A stretch of DNA of 64,000 bases from an uncultured Planctomycetaceae bacterium (GTDB lineage: Bacteria; Planctomycetota; Planctomycetia; Isosphaerales; Isosphaeraceae), in NCBI GenBank assembly GCA_963833985.1, contig CAWIAD010000002.1:3968001-4032000 (forward strand), given 5' to 3'. The position numbers and the translations under genes are program-made. Below the pieces are notes generated by a model. The model was not told where the DNA came from, did not search any database, and saw only the letters and a list, made by a program, of their open reading frames with translations. How positions within the stretch are numbered: the first letter of the stretch is position 1; each line of letters begins with the position of its first letter. Positions 43,966-55,079 of this stretch are shown here, piece by piece.

Positions 43966-44174
43966 AACCGCAACCGCAGGACCGCATGCCTCCGCGCACG
44001 CTCCGGCCGTGGAGTCCTGTTCCATGCACGGGCCTGCTGGGCCAGCAATCATGACGGCTTGCCAAAGAGAGACCGGCGCGGTCGAATAGGGATTCGGTCA
44101 GAGAAGGCCGCGGCCGACGCCGTTCGCCTCTGCCCGCCCGAGTCGATCCGGATCCGATCGCTGTCACGGGATAC

Positions 44175-45692
44175 GTGCCCACCATGCCCCAGTCCGCGCT
44201 GGAGAGGTTTCGCGCTGCCTGCGGTCTGACCGTTCCACTGGCCCTGGAATGCCAGGACGCGGATGGCTCGGGCTTCGAGGTTCATCAGCTTGGACCTCCC
44301 TTCGCGCTCATTGGACGGGATCCGCGCTCCGATATCGTGCTGCACGGCTCGGAAGTGAGCCGGCTGCACGCCTACGTCCAGTCCATCGCCGGCGGCGTCT
44401 ACTGCATTGATCTGAACAGCCGGACACAACTGCGCTGGGATGACCGGGACGAGCCGGCGGTTTGCGGCTGGCTGGAGCCCGGCTCCTTGCTGCGCATTGG
44501 CCGCCACACCTTCCGCACGGAACAGACCGATGCCTTGCCGGAGCGCTCTGTCCCGCTGGACGACCCGTTCGCGCCCTGCTCCGACTCCGGTGTGGACGGC
44601 GTCCCGCTGCCGGCGGCCGGGCTGGAGTCGCCCATCCGGATGACCCAGCAGGACTCGCTCTGCCGGGTCGAGGGCCGCCTGGCCCTGATCGGCCGGTCCG
44701 ACTCGTGCCAGATCGTGCTGCGCGACGCCAGCGTATCGCGATTTCATGCCGCCCTGCTGCGCACCGCCAGCGGCGTGTGGATCGCGGATCTGCTGTCGCG
44801 CGAGGGGCTACGCATCAACGGCTTGCGGGTGCGCTGGGGCTGGCTGGAGGACGGCGACACGGTACGCATCGGGCAATTCACATTCGTCTTGCGGTACGAT
44901 GTGGTGCCGGACCTGATCCGCCGCGCCGATGTCCCGCTGGAAGCGGGCGTCTATGTCGAACCGGACGACTCCGCCGACGGTTCAGATTCCCGGCCCCGCC
45001 GCGCCCGGCACGGCACCGAGCTGGCTGTCCGCCCGGCACGCAAGCCGCCGGCCCCCTCGCGCCTGCCGGCAGGTGCCCCGCGCGCGCTGACCCCGGACGT
45101 CCTTGAGGCCGGCTCCGTCGAGCGCTGGCAAGCGGAGGCCGAGCTTCCTCCCGGGCAGCTTGCCATGTGGCAGCAACAAATGCAGATGATGGAGACCTTT
45201 CACAAGGAAATGATCCTCATGGTGCAGATGTTCATGGCGATGCACCGGGAACATCGCCAGACCATCCAGGACGAGCTTCAGAAGGTTCAGAAGCTCACCC
45301 GCAAGCTGGGGGCCTTGCAGGCGGACCTTGCCGGAACGGCGCAAGAGTCCAGCAACCACCAGGCCGCCAGCCGCGAGGGACCAGCGGCCTCTGCCCCGGC
45401 GAAGGGCCCGGCTCCCAGGTCCGCGACAGCTCCCGCAAGGCCTGCCCGTACGGGGGAGCGCGCGCGGGGCCCGTTCCCGGTCCCGGCCCCGGCCCCCGAG
45501 CCGGAAGCCGCGAGCGTGCGGCCGGCGGGCAGCCGTCCTGTCCCACCGGCCGAGGGCCAGGACCGCGAAGCAGCCGGTTCCGCGGCCCTAGGGGCCGTTG
45601 ATCTGCATTCCCAGCTCACCCAGCGCATCATGAAGCTGCAACGCGAACGCCAGGGATACTGGAAGCGCATCCTGAACGCCATCAACGGCTGA
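44175..45692 (+). CDS. Double FHA-domain protein with C-terminal coiled coil
   Basis: IGRDPRSDIVL...VSRLHA...DLNS and IGRSDSCQIVL...VSRFHA...DLLSREG..ING; Q/M-rich coiled coil. Confidence 0.88.
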   Translation: MPTMPQSALERFRAACGLTVPLALECQDADGSGFEVHQLGPPFALIGRDPRSDIVLHGSEVSRLHAYVQSIAGGVYCIDLNSRTQLRWDDRDEPAVCGWLEPGSLLRIGRHTFRTEQTDALPERSVPLDDPFAPCSDSGVDGVPLPAAGLESPIRMTQQDSLCRVEGRLALIGRSDSCQIVLRDASVSRFHAALLRTASGVWIADLLSREGLRINGLRVRWGWLEDGDTVRIGQFTFVLRYDVVPDLIRRADVPLEAGVYVEPDDSADGSDSRPRRARHGTELAVRPARKPPAPSRLPAGAPRALTPDVLEAGSVERWQAEAELPPGQLAMWQQQMQMMETFHKEMILMVQMFMAMHREHRQTIQDELQKVQKLTRKLGALQADLAGTAQESSNHQAASREGPAASAPAKGPAPRSATAPARPARTGERARGPFPVPAPAPEPEAASVRPAGSRPVPPAEGQDREAAGSAALGAVDLHSQLTQRIMKLQRERQGYWKRILNAING

Positions 45693-45717
45693 TCCGGGCA
45701 GCCCACCACCTCTTATT

Positions 45718-45911
45718 GACAGGCAAGAATGCCTGTCCTCCCCTTCCACTGCCACTGCCACTGCCCGCTGCCGCCCTGGTGGGCCTCGCCTGCGGCTCGA
45801 CCCACCCTACAAACTCGACAGGCAAGAATGCCTGTCCTCCCCTTCCACTGCCACTGCCACTGCCCGCTGCCGCCCTGGTGGGCCTCGCCTGCGGCTCGAC
45901 CCACCCTACAA
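45718..45911. repeat. Composite REP-like repeat, 99-bp period x2
   Basis: Each unit has the palindrome gacaggca-agaa-tgcctgtc, (CCACTG)3 and a minus-strand GTAGGGTGGGTCGAGCCGCAGGCGAGGCCCACC. Confidence 0.9.
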
Positions 45912-45934
45912 CTGCCACTGCCCTCTGCTCCGAT

Positions 45935-46972
45935 TCAACCGCGTGCCGCGTGGATGAGCCGCTGGATCGCCGGCGGAGTCACCTTCTTGAGCCGCTGCCG
46001 GATCTTCTTCATCCTGGACCATTCCGCCGTGACCCATGAGGGCACCCGGTGCCGCTCCTGGCGGGGAATGGTCTGGATCGTCAGGTCCCGCACGCGGCGG
46101 GCCGTCGCGGGTGTCGTTCCCCAGTCGCCCGCGCACGTCGTGGCCCAGTTCAGCAGATGTATGCGATTGGGAACCGAGATCGTGCGTACCGTATCCTGGA
46201 AACGGTCTTCCCAGTCGTCGGGAAGTTGCGGCAGGAAGCGCTCGAAGAAAGCGGCCAGCAGGCGCCACTGCCTGCGCTGGTCGTCCCGATTGCGCTCCAT
46301 CACGCGGCTGACCTGGTGCTCATGGGCGCGGTGGAACGCGGCGATCCAGGGATCGACGGCCAGGCGCCCTTCCGTCAGCAGCGCGGCCATGAGGATGTTT
46401 TCGTTGAACAGGTCGCAATCCGGCAGCAGGTGACTGACCGCACGCCGCAGCGCGTCGGTCCGGAAGGCCACGTTCGGAAAGGTGGCGATGTTGATGATGT
46501 GCAGCAGCGGGGCCACGGCGGGCCCGTCCAGCAAGGAGACCGAGCCGCCCATCCAGTCCAGCTCGAACATGGGCCCGACGACGGGCGACCAGTGGACCGA
46601 GGTCGGCGAATGGTCGTGCAGGGCGAACGCGGCATAGTACACGATGTCCGGCGCCCGGGCGAACGATTCCAGGGCGCGCCGGACAAAGTCCCGGTGGATC
46701 AGATCGTCGTCCTGGAGCCAGCTGAAGTACTCTCCCTGCGCTAGTTCAAGGGCCCTCACGAAGTTCGGCCACATGCCGATATTCTGCTCGTTGCGGTGAT
46801 AGCGCACCCGTTCGCCGAACGAGCGCACCACCTCCTCTGTGGCGTCCGGCGAGGCGTCATCGCTGACCACGATTTCATAGTCGCTGGCGGACTGCCCGAG
46901 CGCCGAGTTCAAGGACTGGCGCAGCAGGTCGCAGCGCTTGTAGGTAGGCATCCCGATCGTGAAACGAGGCAT
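45935..46972 (-). CDS. Glycosyltransferase family 2
   Basis: TIGMPTY, VVSDDASPD, N.G...N, WLQDDD. Confidence 0.92.
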   Translation of the reverse strand: MPRFTIGMPTYKRCDLLRQSLNSALGQSASDYEIVVSDDASPDATEEVVRSFGERVRYHRNEQNIGMWPNFVRALELAQGEYFSWLQDDDLIHRDFVRRALESFARAPDIVYYAAFALHDHSPTSVHWSPVVGPMFELDWMGGSVSLLDGPAVAPLLHIINIATFPNVAFRTDALRRAVSHLLPDCDLFNENILMAALLTEGRLAVDPWIAAFHRAHEHQVSRVMERNRDDQRRQWRLLAAFFERFLPQLPDDWEDRFQDTVRTISVPNRIHLLNWATTCAGDWGTTPATARRVRDLTIQTIPRQERHRVPSWVTAEWSRMKKIRQRLKKVTPPAIQRLIHAARG

Positions 46973-47047
46973 GTCCTGGTGAGTCCTGGTGAGTCCTGGG
47001 CTGGGCCCCGGACCATGAGCCCGACCGGTCGCGACCCGGAAGCCTGG

Positions 47048-47842
47048 CTAGCCCCGGGCCAGGTTGCCGCCCAGATGTGCAATTTTCCGGACCGCCTTGC
47101 GGACCAGGCCCGGTGAGAAGACCTTGCTTGCCGCCTCGTATGTCAACTGCGAACCGGCGGTGATCACGAGGTCTCCGGATCGGGGCTGCGGTGCCAGCAT
47201 GGCCATCGCCAGCCCGCCCCAGAGCTGGCCGCGGAACTGCGGGTGCGTGTTCACTCCCCCGGCGACAAGATCCAGCTCTATTCTATGCACGTACGGGCAT
47301 GACGGCCAGTCCGCCGCTTTCAGGCCCCGGCGCACGCCCGGGTTGAAGCTGTCGTGCATCACGATGCACAGCCGCCGGGTCGGTCTGAACTTGAGCAGGC
47401 TGTTCACGTCGGCGCGGACTCCCTCGGTCGTGTGATCCCCGTCAACGAGCACGAACTCCAGCGGTGCATCCTGCTGCTGCAAGCGGCCCAGCAGCGCCGG
47501 CAGCGTCTCGTCCGACCGGCCGATCAGGTATTCCACATTGGGGAAACGCCCGCCGAGTCGCTGTGTGACGCCCGCGTCCATGTCCAGCGAATAGACCCGT
47601 CCGCAATGCCGCGCCAGGATCTGGAGCGAACCTCCGAACCGGGTGCCGATCTCGATGGCCACCGCGGGACGCAGGTGCTCCAGCAGGTACAGGATCATCG
47701 CCTGCTCCGACGGGCTCATCTGCCATTCCAGCGCCGGGTCGGTCCGCGCCAGCTCGTGAAGTAAAGCGTCCCACGACACGCCTGGAACCTCGTTGCCGCG
47801 CTGGCCCTTGTCGTCGCCGTTGCCGTCGCTGCTGCCTGCCAC
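47048..47842 (-). CDS. Class I SAM-dependent methyltransferase (Methyltransf_24-like)
   Basis: IEIGTRFGGS, VDGDHT..GV..D, VMHD. Confidence 0.85.
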   Translation of the reverse strand: MAGSSDGNGDDKGQRGNEVPGVSWDALLHELARTDPALEWQMSPSEQAMILYLLEHLRPAVAIEIGTRFGGSLQILARHCGRVYSLDMDAGVTQRLGGRFPNVEYLIGRSDETLPALLGRLQQQDAPLEFVLVDGDHTTEGVRADVNSLLKFRPTRRLCIVMHDSFNPGVRRGLKAADWPSCPYVHRIELDLVAGGVNTHPQFRGQLWGGLAMAMLAPQPRSGDLVITAGSQLTYEAASKVFSPGLVRKAVRKIAHLGGNLARG

Positions 47843-47945
47843 GTGCCTGACTCCTGATCGGGGGTGAAATCTCGTAATGGGATCAGATTCTATCAGACTT
47901 GCGTTGCATCTGGCATTGTTGATGCCGCTCCGATCTTGCCGGCGC

Positions 47946-49665
47946 TCACGGTGCCAGCCGCTCCAGCTCCTGGCCGATGGTGGCCATGAGCGGGGCGATC
48001 AGGTTCTCGTCGAAACCGAACCGCGTGCCGGCCGCCGCGAAGAGCTCGGGAAGCGGGCGCGCGCCGCCCAGCGCCAGGGCGCGGCGATAGCTGGCCACGG
48101 CCCCGGCTCGGTCCGTGAGCGACCGCTGCCAGAGCTGAAGCGCCAAGCTGTGCGATGCCGTACTCGATGTAGTAGAATGGATACAGGAATATGTGCAGTT
48201 GCCGATGCCATGAGTGGTCGCGCGCATCCTCGTATCCCGACCAGTCGACGATGCCTCCGAACCGGGCGATGAGCGATCGCCAGGCTTCCCTGCGGTCCTG
48301 CCGCGTATGGCCCGGATGGTTGTAGATCCAGTGCTGGAAGGCATCGACCGTGGCGATCCAGGGCAGGATCAGCACGATCCCTTCCAGCAGCTTGCGGTTG
48401 GAGCGGTCGGCGTCGGCCGCCTCGTAGAACGGGCCCAGGTTCCGCGCCCCGAAGAGCTCCATGGTCATGGAGGCGACCTCGCAGAACTCCAGCGGGCTTT
48501 CCCGGTACGCGGCCAGCGGCTCGCCCCGGCTGGCCAGGGTGTGGAAGGCGTGGCCGCCCTCGTGCAGCAGCGTCCGCACGTCGCCGTCCAGGCCCACGGC
48601 GTTCATGAAGATGAACGGCAGCCGCTCGTCCTCGAACGTCGTCTGGTAGCCCCCGGGCGCCTTCCCCTTGCGATTGGCCAGGTCGAGCAGCTTGTGGGTT
48701 CGCAGGAACGCGAACTGGGCACCGAGCTCCGGGTCCACCTCGCGGAAGATGGTCTCGGCCCCCTCGGCCAGCCGCGCCACGTCCTGGAACGGCCGCAGCG
48801 GCGCACGGCCCAGCGCATCCACGGCCGTGTCCCAGGGCCGCAGCTCCGCCACGCCCAGCGTCTGCTGGTGCTGCTGCTGAATGCGCCGGGCCAGCGGCAC
48901 CACCGCCTGCTCCACCGCCGCGTGAAACTGGAGCGCCTCCTTGATCCCGTAATCAAACCGCTCGCGCTGGCGGAACGCGAAATCGACGTAACTGCCGAAG
49001 CCCGCCTCCCGCGCCACCTCGATGCGCAGGGCCATCATCTGGTCGAAGAGGCCGTCCAGCGCGTCCCGGTCCTGCAACCGCCGGCTGGCCGAAAGCTCCC
49101 ACGCGGCCTGGCGGACGCCGCGGTCGGTCTCCTCCAGAAATGGTGCCATCTGGGCCAGCGTCCGCTCCGCTCCCTGGAACTGGACCGTCATCGCCCCCAT
49201 CATCTTCTGATACTGCTGCTCCAGCTCGGCAAGCTGGGTCTCGCGGGGGATGTTGTCCTCGCGATAGAGCGCCCGGCGGTTCTCCAGCGCCCGGTTGAAC
49301 ACCGCATACCGGCCGGCATCGAGCGCGGCGCGGAAGGGTGAATCCAGGTAGCGGTTCCGCACCTCGTTCTGAAGCGGCTTCAGCTTCGGTTCGATGTCCC
49401 GGATGAAGCTCAGGTACGACGCTTCCCGCGCGGGGTCGTCGGTCTGGCAGGTCATGGCCACGTAGCGCTTCGCACTCTCTTGCCCCACGGCGGCATTCAG
49501 CTCCCCGGCCGCCGTCAGCCAGCGCTCCAGGTCGGCGGCCGATGCGATGGGTATGGCCAGCAGCTTTCGGAACCAGGGTTCAATCTGCTCCCAGGTCGTG
49601 AACTCGACCTGCTCGGGGAGCCACTGATGCGGAAACGTCTCGGGAACATAATTCGAAGATGCCAT
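47946..49665 (-). CDS. M3 family oligoendopeptidase; frameshift near 48140
   Basis: KGKAPGGY, HEGGH, EVAS..MEL, W.RQLHIF..PFYYIEY. The C-terminus LALGG...LPELF.AAG is in the shifted frame. Confidence 0.92.
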
Positions 49666-49677
49666 GTCTTTCGCCTA

Positions 49678-49977
49678 TCAGAGGACCGCCTGGACCAGCC
49701 AGGCCCCGATGAACAGCCAGATGGACATGATCGTGGTGGCGATGATCAGCACCAAGGTGGTCGCCGCCAACGCCTGCCCGTGCTCGAAAAGGCCGCGCGC
49801 CATGCCGATGGCGCCAATCGTCTGAAACAGCGCCATCACGGCCGTGGTTCCCAGCACCACCTCTCCCAGCGCGGTGATGAAGACGATGAGCGCAATCCGC
49901 CCCACCGTATCGCGGACGATGGCCAGGATGATCCCCGCGAACAGGACGAACAGGACGAGGTGCCACAACCTCATCAA
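49678..49977 (-). CDS. Small multi-TM hypothetical membrane protein
   Basis: 99 aa, about 3 hydrophobic helices, ends 12 bp before the peptidase start. Confidence 0.75.
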   Translation of the reverse strand: MMRLWHLVLFVLFAGIILAIVRDTVGRIALIVFITALGEVVLGTTAVMALFQTIGAIGMARGLFEHGQALAATTLVLIIATTIMSIWLFIGAWLVQAVL

Positions 49978-50188
49978 CGCTGATCCTCACCACACCACAC
50001 CACCGAAGTTTCCAGGGGCAGCCGAGCCGATCCCGACGCAGGCAACCCTCGCCCGATCGCGGGCCGACGCGGAACCGCTGAATCATCTCCGGATGCCACG
50101 TTTGCTGTCAATCGCCCGCCCGGATCAAAGCCTTGTTCGACCCGTTCTCTGCTCGCGAAGGAACGGGCCAGAACAAGTGAATCTCCTG

Positions 50189-50432
50189 GTAGGGTGTGCC
50201 CAGCACAGCGACAACGCACCGATGGTTGCGGTGATGGTTGCGTACGACGCCACACATGGAGCCCGCGACGAACGCCACCGTTGCGCGAGCGCCATGGACT
50301 CCGCGGCAGATGGCCACGTGCGTGAGCGCGTGGTTTTCACGGACGCGGCCTCCAACCTCGGGCGTGAGCCCGACCAGTGAGGAAGCCCGTGCCGCAAACC
50401 GGTGCGTCGGCGCTCCGCTGGGCACATCCTAC
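50189..50432. repeat. Inverted GTAG-REP pair (REPIN-like)
   Basis: gtagggtgtgcccagcacagcgacaacgcacc at 50189 and the inverted ggtgcgtcggcgctccgctgggcacatcctac ending at 50432. Confidence 0.75.
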
Positions 50433-50691
50433 GGTTAGAAACGGACCAGAACGGCTCGGGCGAGGGCCAGGCATATGCGAGGAACTCGATGTCTGCGTCA
50501 CCCCAGAGGTAGACTGGATGTGCAACGATCCGCGGCGCGGTATAGAGTGGTCCTGAGGTCGGCACATCGATCACCACGCATGATACCGATCGGGCCCCCG
50601 GAGCGCATGAGGGCGGCCCCGGTGATCCCGTCTCCGTTTTCCGGTCCTGCTTTCGGGCCGGCGCGGATAGAGGGTATGAGGGCTGTCATCT

Positions 50692-50790
50692 CAGGCCGAG
50701 GTGCTGGGGATCCGCCAGGAGGCTGGAGCCAGATGCGGCTTCCGTGGCCTCGAACGACGGAAAGATGTGCTCTCGACCATGTCGGGCGCG
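50692..50790 (+). pseudogene. Probable relic of the C-terminus of an ECF sigma factor
   Basis: Translates as QAEVLGIRQEAGARCGFRGLERRKDVLSTMSG, resembling the sigma-4 end of planctomycete ECFs; lies directly before a kinase gene. Confidence 0.5.
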
Positions 50791-50807
50791 GAGAGGAGCG
50801 GTGAACC

Positions 50808-53800
50808 ATGGCGATGTCGACGTCGAGCGGACCGGCCGACTACGCGCTCTTTGATGAGCTGGCCGAGGAATTTGCCGAGCGGTATCGCCGCGGTGAGCGG
50901 CCGCCGCTTCAGGAATACGTCGACCGTTGCCCGGCGCTGGGCGACGAGATCCGCGAGCTCTTCCCCGCACTGGTGAGGGTGGAGCAGGCCGAGGAGGTGC
51001 TCGAAGGCGAGCCCGAGCCAGCGGCCTCGTCCTCGATTCCCGCGCTGCGGCAGGTGGGCGACTACCGGGTGATCCGCGAGGTCGGCCGCGGGGGCATGGG
51101 TGTCGTGTACGAGGCCGAGCAGGTCTCGCTTGGCCGCCGGGTCGCCCTCAAGATCCTGCCCGGCGTCGTGGCCACGGACCGCAAGGCACTGGAGCGATTT
51201 CGCCGCGAGGCGCGGGCCGCGGCACGGCTGCACCACACCAATATTGTGCCCGTTTTTGAAGTCGGCCAGGATGGCGAGGTCGTCTTCTACGCCATGCAGT
51301 TCATCCAGGGCCAGGGGCTGGAGGTGGTCATCGATGAGCTGGCGCAGCAGCGCCGGGGGTCGGGCCACGAGTCCCCCGCGCCGGTCGCCGCAGAAGCCAG
51401 GCAGCCAGGGCCGGACCGCCCGGGCATCACCGAATCCGGGCCAATCGGCAAGTCGTCCAATGGACAGGCTTCGCGGCCGGTTCGCGACCACACCGAGGCC
51501 CTTGTCGCATCTCTGCGGGCGCGTGAGGTCAGCCGCATGGCGCGGTCGCTCGTGACCGGGACGTTCGCGCCCGAGATCGTCGAACCCGACCCGGCCGGCT
51601 CTGCGAATGGCATCAGCTCGTCGGCTGTGCGGGCCTCCCACCCCAGCACCGTGGAGCCTCTGTCCTCGCCCGGCTCATCGGCGATATCGGCCATGCTCAC
51701 GGGCGGCGGGACGCCGGTTTCGGGGTTCGGGTCACCGGGTCGCCGGCTGCCCTTCTTCCGGAGCGTCGCCCAGATCGGCCGTCAGGCCGCGCAGGGACTG
51801 GCCTACGCTCATGCGCGGGGCATCACACACCGCGACATCAAGCCGTCGAACCTGCTGCTCGATACCGCGGGTGTGGTCTGGATCGCCGACTTCGGGCTGG
51901 CCAAGGCCGACGACGACAACCTGACGGCCACCGGCGACCTTCTGGGCACCCTGCGCTACATGGCTCCGGAGCGGTTTCGCGGCGAGGGAGACGTCCGGGC
52001 CGACGTCTACGCGCTGGGCCTGACGCTCTACGAGCTGCTCACCCTGCGCCCCGCTTTCCAGTCGTCGGACCGGCTGCGGATGATCGAGCGGATCAAGAAC
52101 GAGGAGCCCGCGAGCCCGCGCACGGTGGACAGCCGGGTCCCCCGCGACCTCGAGACCATCGTCCTGAAGGCCATCGACAAGGACCCCGAGCGCCGCTACC
52201 AGACGGCCGATGCCATGGCGGAGGACCTGCGGCGCTTTCTCGACGACGAGCCCGTGCTGGCGCGGCGGACGACCGCGCTGGAGCGCTACGCCCGCTGGGC
52301 ACGGCACAATCCCGGGGTTGCCGTCCTCGGGGGGGTGCTGACCGCCGTGCTCGTGCTCGCCACGGCGCTCTCCTCGATCGCGGCAGGGAACATGAGCCGG
52401 CTGGCCGCCGAGCGGGGAGAGGCCGCGCAGGCCGCGGAACTGGCACGCGGTCAGGAAGCGGCTCAGAGAGCCCTGGCCCAGAAAGCTCAGCACCTGGCCG
52501 AGGCCAACTTCGCCAAGGCCTGCCAGGCCGTGGATGAGTCGTTCACCAGGATCAGCGAGAGCCGGCTCCTGGCCGTCCCCGGCATGCAGCCGCTGCGACG
52601 CGAACTGCTCTCCTCCGCCCTCGGCTTTTACGAGGACTTCGTCCGGGACCATGGCGACGACCCGGCCGTGCGCGCCGGCCTGGCCTTCGCCTGGCTGCGG
52701 GTGGGCACGATCCGCCGTGAACTGGGTGAGGAGCCGTCGGCCCAGGAAGCCTACGGCAGGGCCCAGGCGCTCTTCCTGCCGCTCGTGCAGGCGAACCCGG
52801 CAGATCCCGAGCTCTCCGACGGCCTCGCCCAGGCGCTCTCGAGGCTTGGCCGTCAGGACGCGGCGATCGCAATCTGGCAGCGTCTGGTGGTGCCTGGCCA
52901 GCCAAGGTTTCAGCGCGATCTTGCCCTCGCTTACGACAGCTCGGCAATCCTGGAGCAGAGCGATCCGGTCAAGCAGCTCGACCTGTACCAGAAATCCCTC
53001 TCCATCCGCGAGCGGCTGGTCACGCTCGATCCGGATGATCCCATCGCGCACCGCGACCTGGGCGACACGCTCAACAACATCGCCGCCGTGCTGCACGGCA
53101 TGGGCCAGCTCGAACAGGCGCTGGCGCTCTACCAGAGGGCCGTCGAACAGCTCGAAATCGCCTTCGCCCGGGCGCCCAACGACTGGCAGACGGGCCGCTC
53201 CTTATCGCGCACGCTGTCCGACGGCGCGAAGAAGGAGGCCATGCTCGGCCACCTGGACGAGTCCTGGAAATTGCACAGGCGCTGCATCGAACTGAGCCAG
53301 ACCATCGCCCAGGACAATCCGTCGGTCCCCTCGCTCCAGTCCGCGGTTGTGGAGGCATTCCGGGCTTACATTTTTGATCTGAACGAACACGGACTGAACC
53401 ACGAGGTCAGGGAGGCGGTCCGTGAGGCCAGCGACTGGATTGAACGGCTTCCCCGCCAGGGCGCCGAGAGGCTCTTCGATCTCGCCTGCGCGGGCCGAGT
53501 GCTCCACATGGTCCGCCGAGCCGGCCGTTCGCACGCGTGAGGCCGACCTCGCGATGACCGCCCTGCGCCAGGCCGTGGCCGCCGGTTTCGCCGATCTCGA
53601 TCGGCTGGAGAAGGAACCGCGATGGCTTTCCCTGCGTGCCCGGACGGATTTCAAGGCACTGGTGACGAAGCTGCGCGAGACGGCCAGCCGCAGCACGTCA
53701 ACCGAGAAGGCCCGGATCGATCAGCCGGCCTCGACCGCTTCGCCGGGAGGACTGCCAGCGGCCGGCCCGGTGACCTCCGCGCAGGCCCAGCAAAACCAGT

Positions 53801-54888
53801 CCGCCGCCCGGCATGCGATCGGGCTGGCCCTGCTCAACCTCGGCAAGCTCGATGACGCGGCCGAGTACCTGAAGCAGGCCCTGGCGGTGCGCCGGCAGAT
53901 CGTCGCCAGCGATCCTGCGCGGCACGAGTCTCGGCTCGACCTGGCCGCGACCCTGGTCGGCCTGGCCGAGATCGATCGCAGAGCCGGCCGGGCCGAGCGT
54001 GCCAGGGAGTGGTGGGGCCAAGCTCTGCCGATGCTGACTCAGGCCATCGAGTCCCGGCCGGCTGACCGGCTGGCCTGGCAGCTTCTGGGCCTGACGCACG
54101 CCGGCCTGAACCACCCCGAGCAGGCCGCGCGGGCCTTCGCCAGGCTGATGGAGGTGCTGCCCCAGACGAGCTACAAGGGTCTCTGGTGGTATCCCGATCC
54201 CGCCACGATCGGTGAGCTGCTCGCCCCGTACGACGGCATCTTCGCCCGGGTGGTCCAGTTGCGGCCCCGGGACCGGACCCTGCTCATTGCCCGCTTCCAC
54301 TATCTCGGCCGCCGCAGACGCTGGCGGGAGGCGGCCGAGATCGTGGCGCGGCTCGTCCAGCAAGACCCCGACGACAACCCCGACCGGCTTTACGACCGTA
54401 TTCTCCGCTATCATTGCGGCGATTTCCGCGGATACGAGCAGGGCTTGCGCCGGGAGCTCGAACTCGTGGGCGGGCCGACGCCTCGGGAAGGAACGCCCCG
54501 TGAAAGCTGGGTGTTCTGGATGCCGCCGGGCGCAGGGCCGCTCGCCGTGGAAGCGTACCGGAATGGCCAGTACGCCGCGGCGGTACGATATTGCAAGGAA
54601 AGCATCCGCACGACCGGCCACTCCTACTTCCTGACGTTGACTCATCTGCTGCTTGCCATGGCCCATCAGCAGCTTGGGCAATCCAGCGAGGCCAGGAAAG
54701 AGCTGGAGGTGGGGCGGGGCCTGGTCAATCGCCTGGGACGAGGCACCGGCTACCACTTCGCCTCGGGAGCGGGCGAGCTGCTGGACTACGGGTGGACCGA
54801 GTGGCTGCATGCAGGGATTGTCCTGGACGAAGCCGAGGCGCTCATCCTCTACGATCCGGCCTTCCCCGCCGCCCCCTTCGCCCCATGA
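50808..54888 (+). CDS. Ser/Thr protein kinase with TM segment and TPR-like repeats; frameshift near 53492
   Basis: GRGGMGVVY, VALK, HRDIKPSN, DFGLA, GTLRYMAPE, TM segment, helical repeats, FDLACA; C-terminal DPAFPAAPFAP. Confidence 0.92.
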
Positions 54889-54970
54889 GCGATCGCCGGG
54901 GAACCTCGCCCCTCACACCGGGATCTCGAAGCGTGGTGGCCGCCTAGTGTCGGCCCCAGGCGTCGGACGG

Positions 54971-55075
54971 TCTGATCGTCTGATCGCCTGATCGCCTGAT
55001 AGCCTGACCGGTTCACGAGCGGTCGACCGTCTGATCGCCTGATCGCCTGATCGTCTGATAGCCTGATCGCCTGAC
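54971..55075 (+). repeat. Octamer tandem array (CTGATCGC)n, left arm
   Basis: About 11 degenerate copies of CTGATCGC/CTGATAGC/CTGATCGT in two blocks. Confidence 0.85.
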
Positions 55076-55079
55076 CGAT

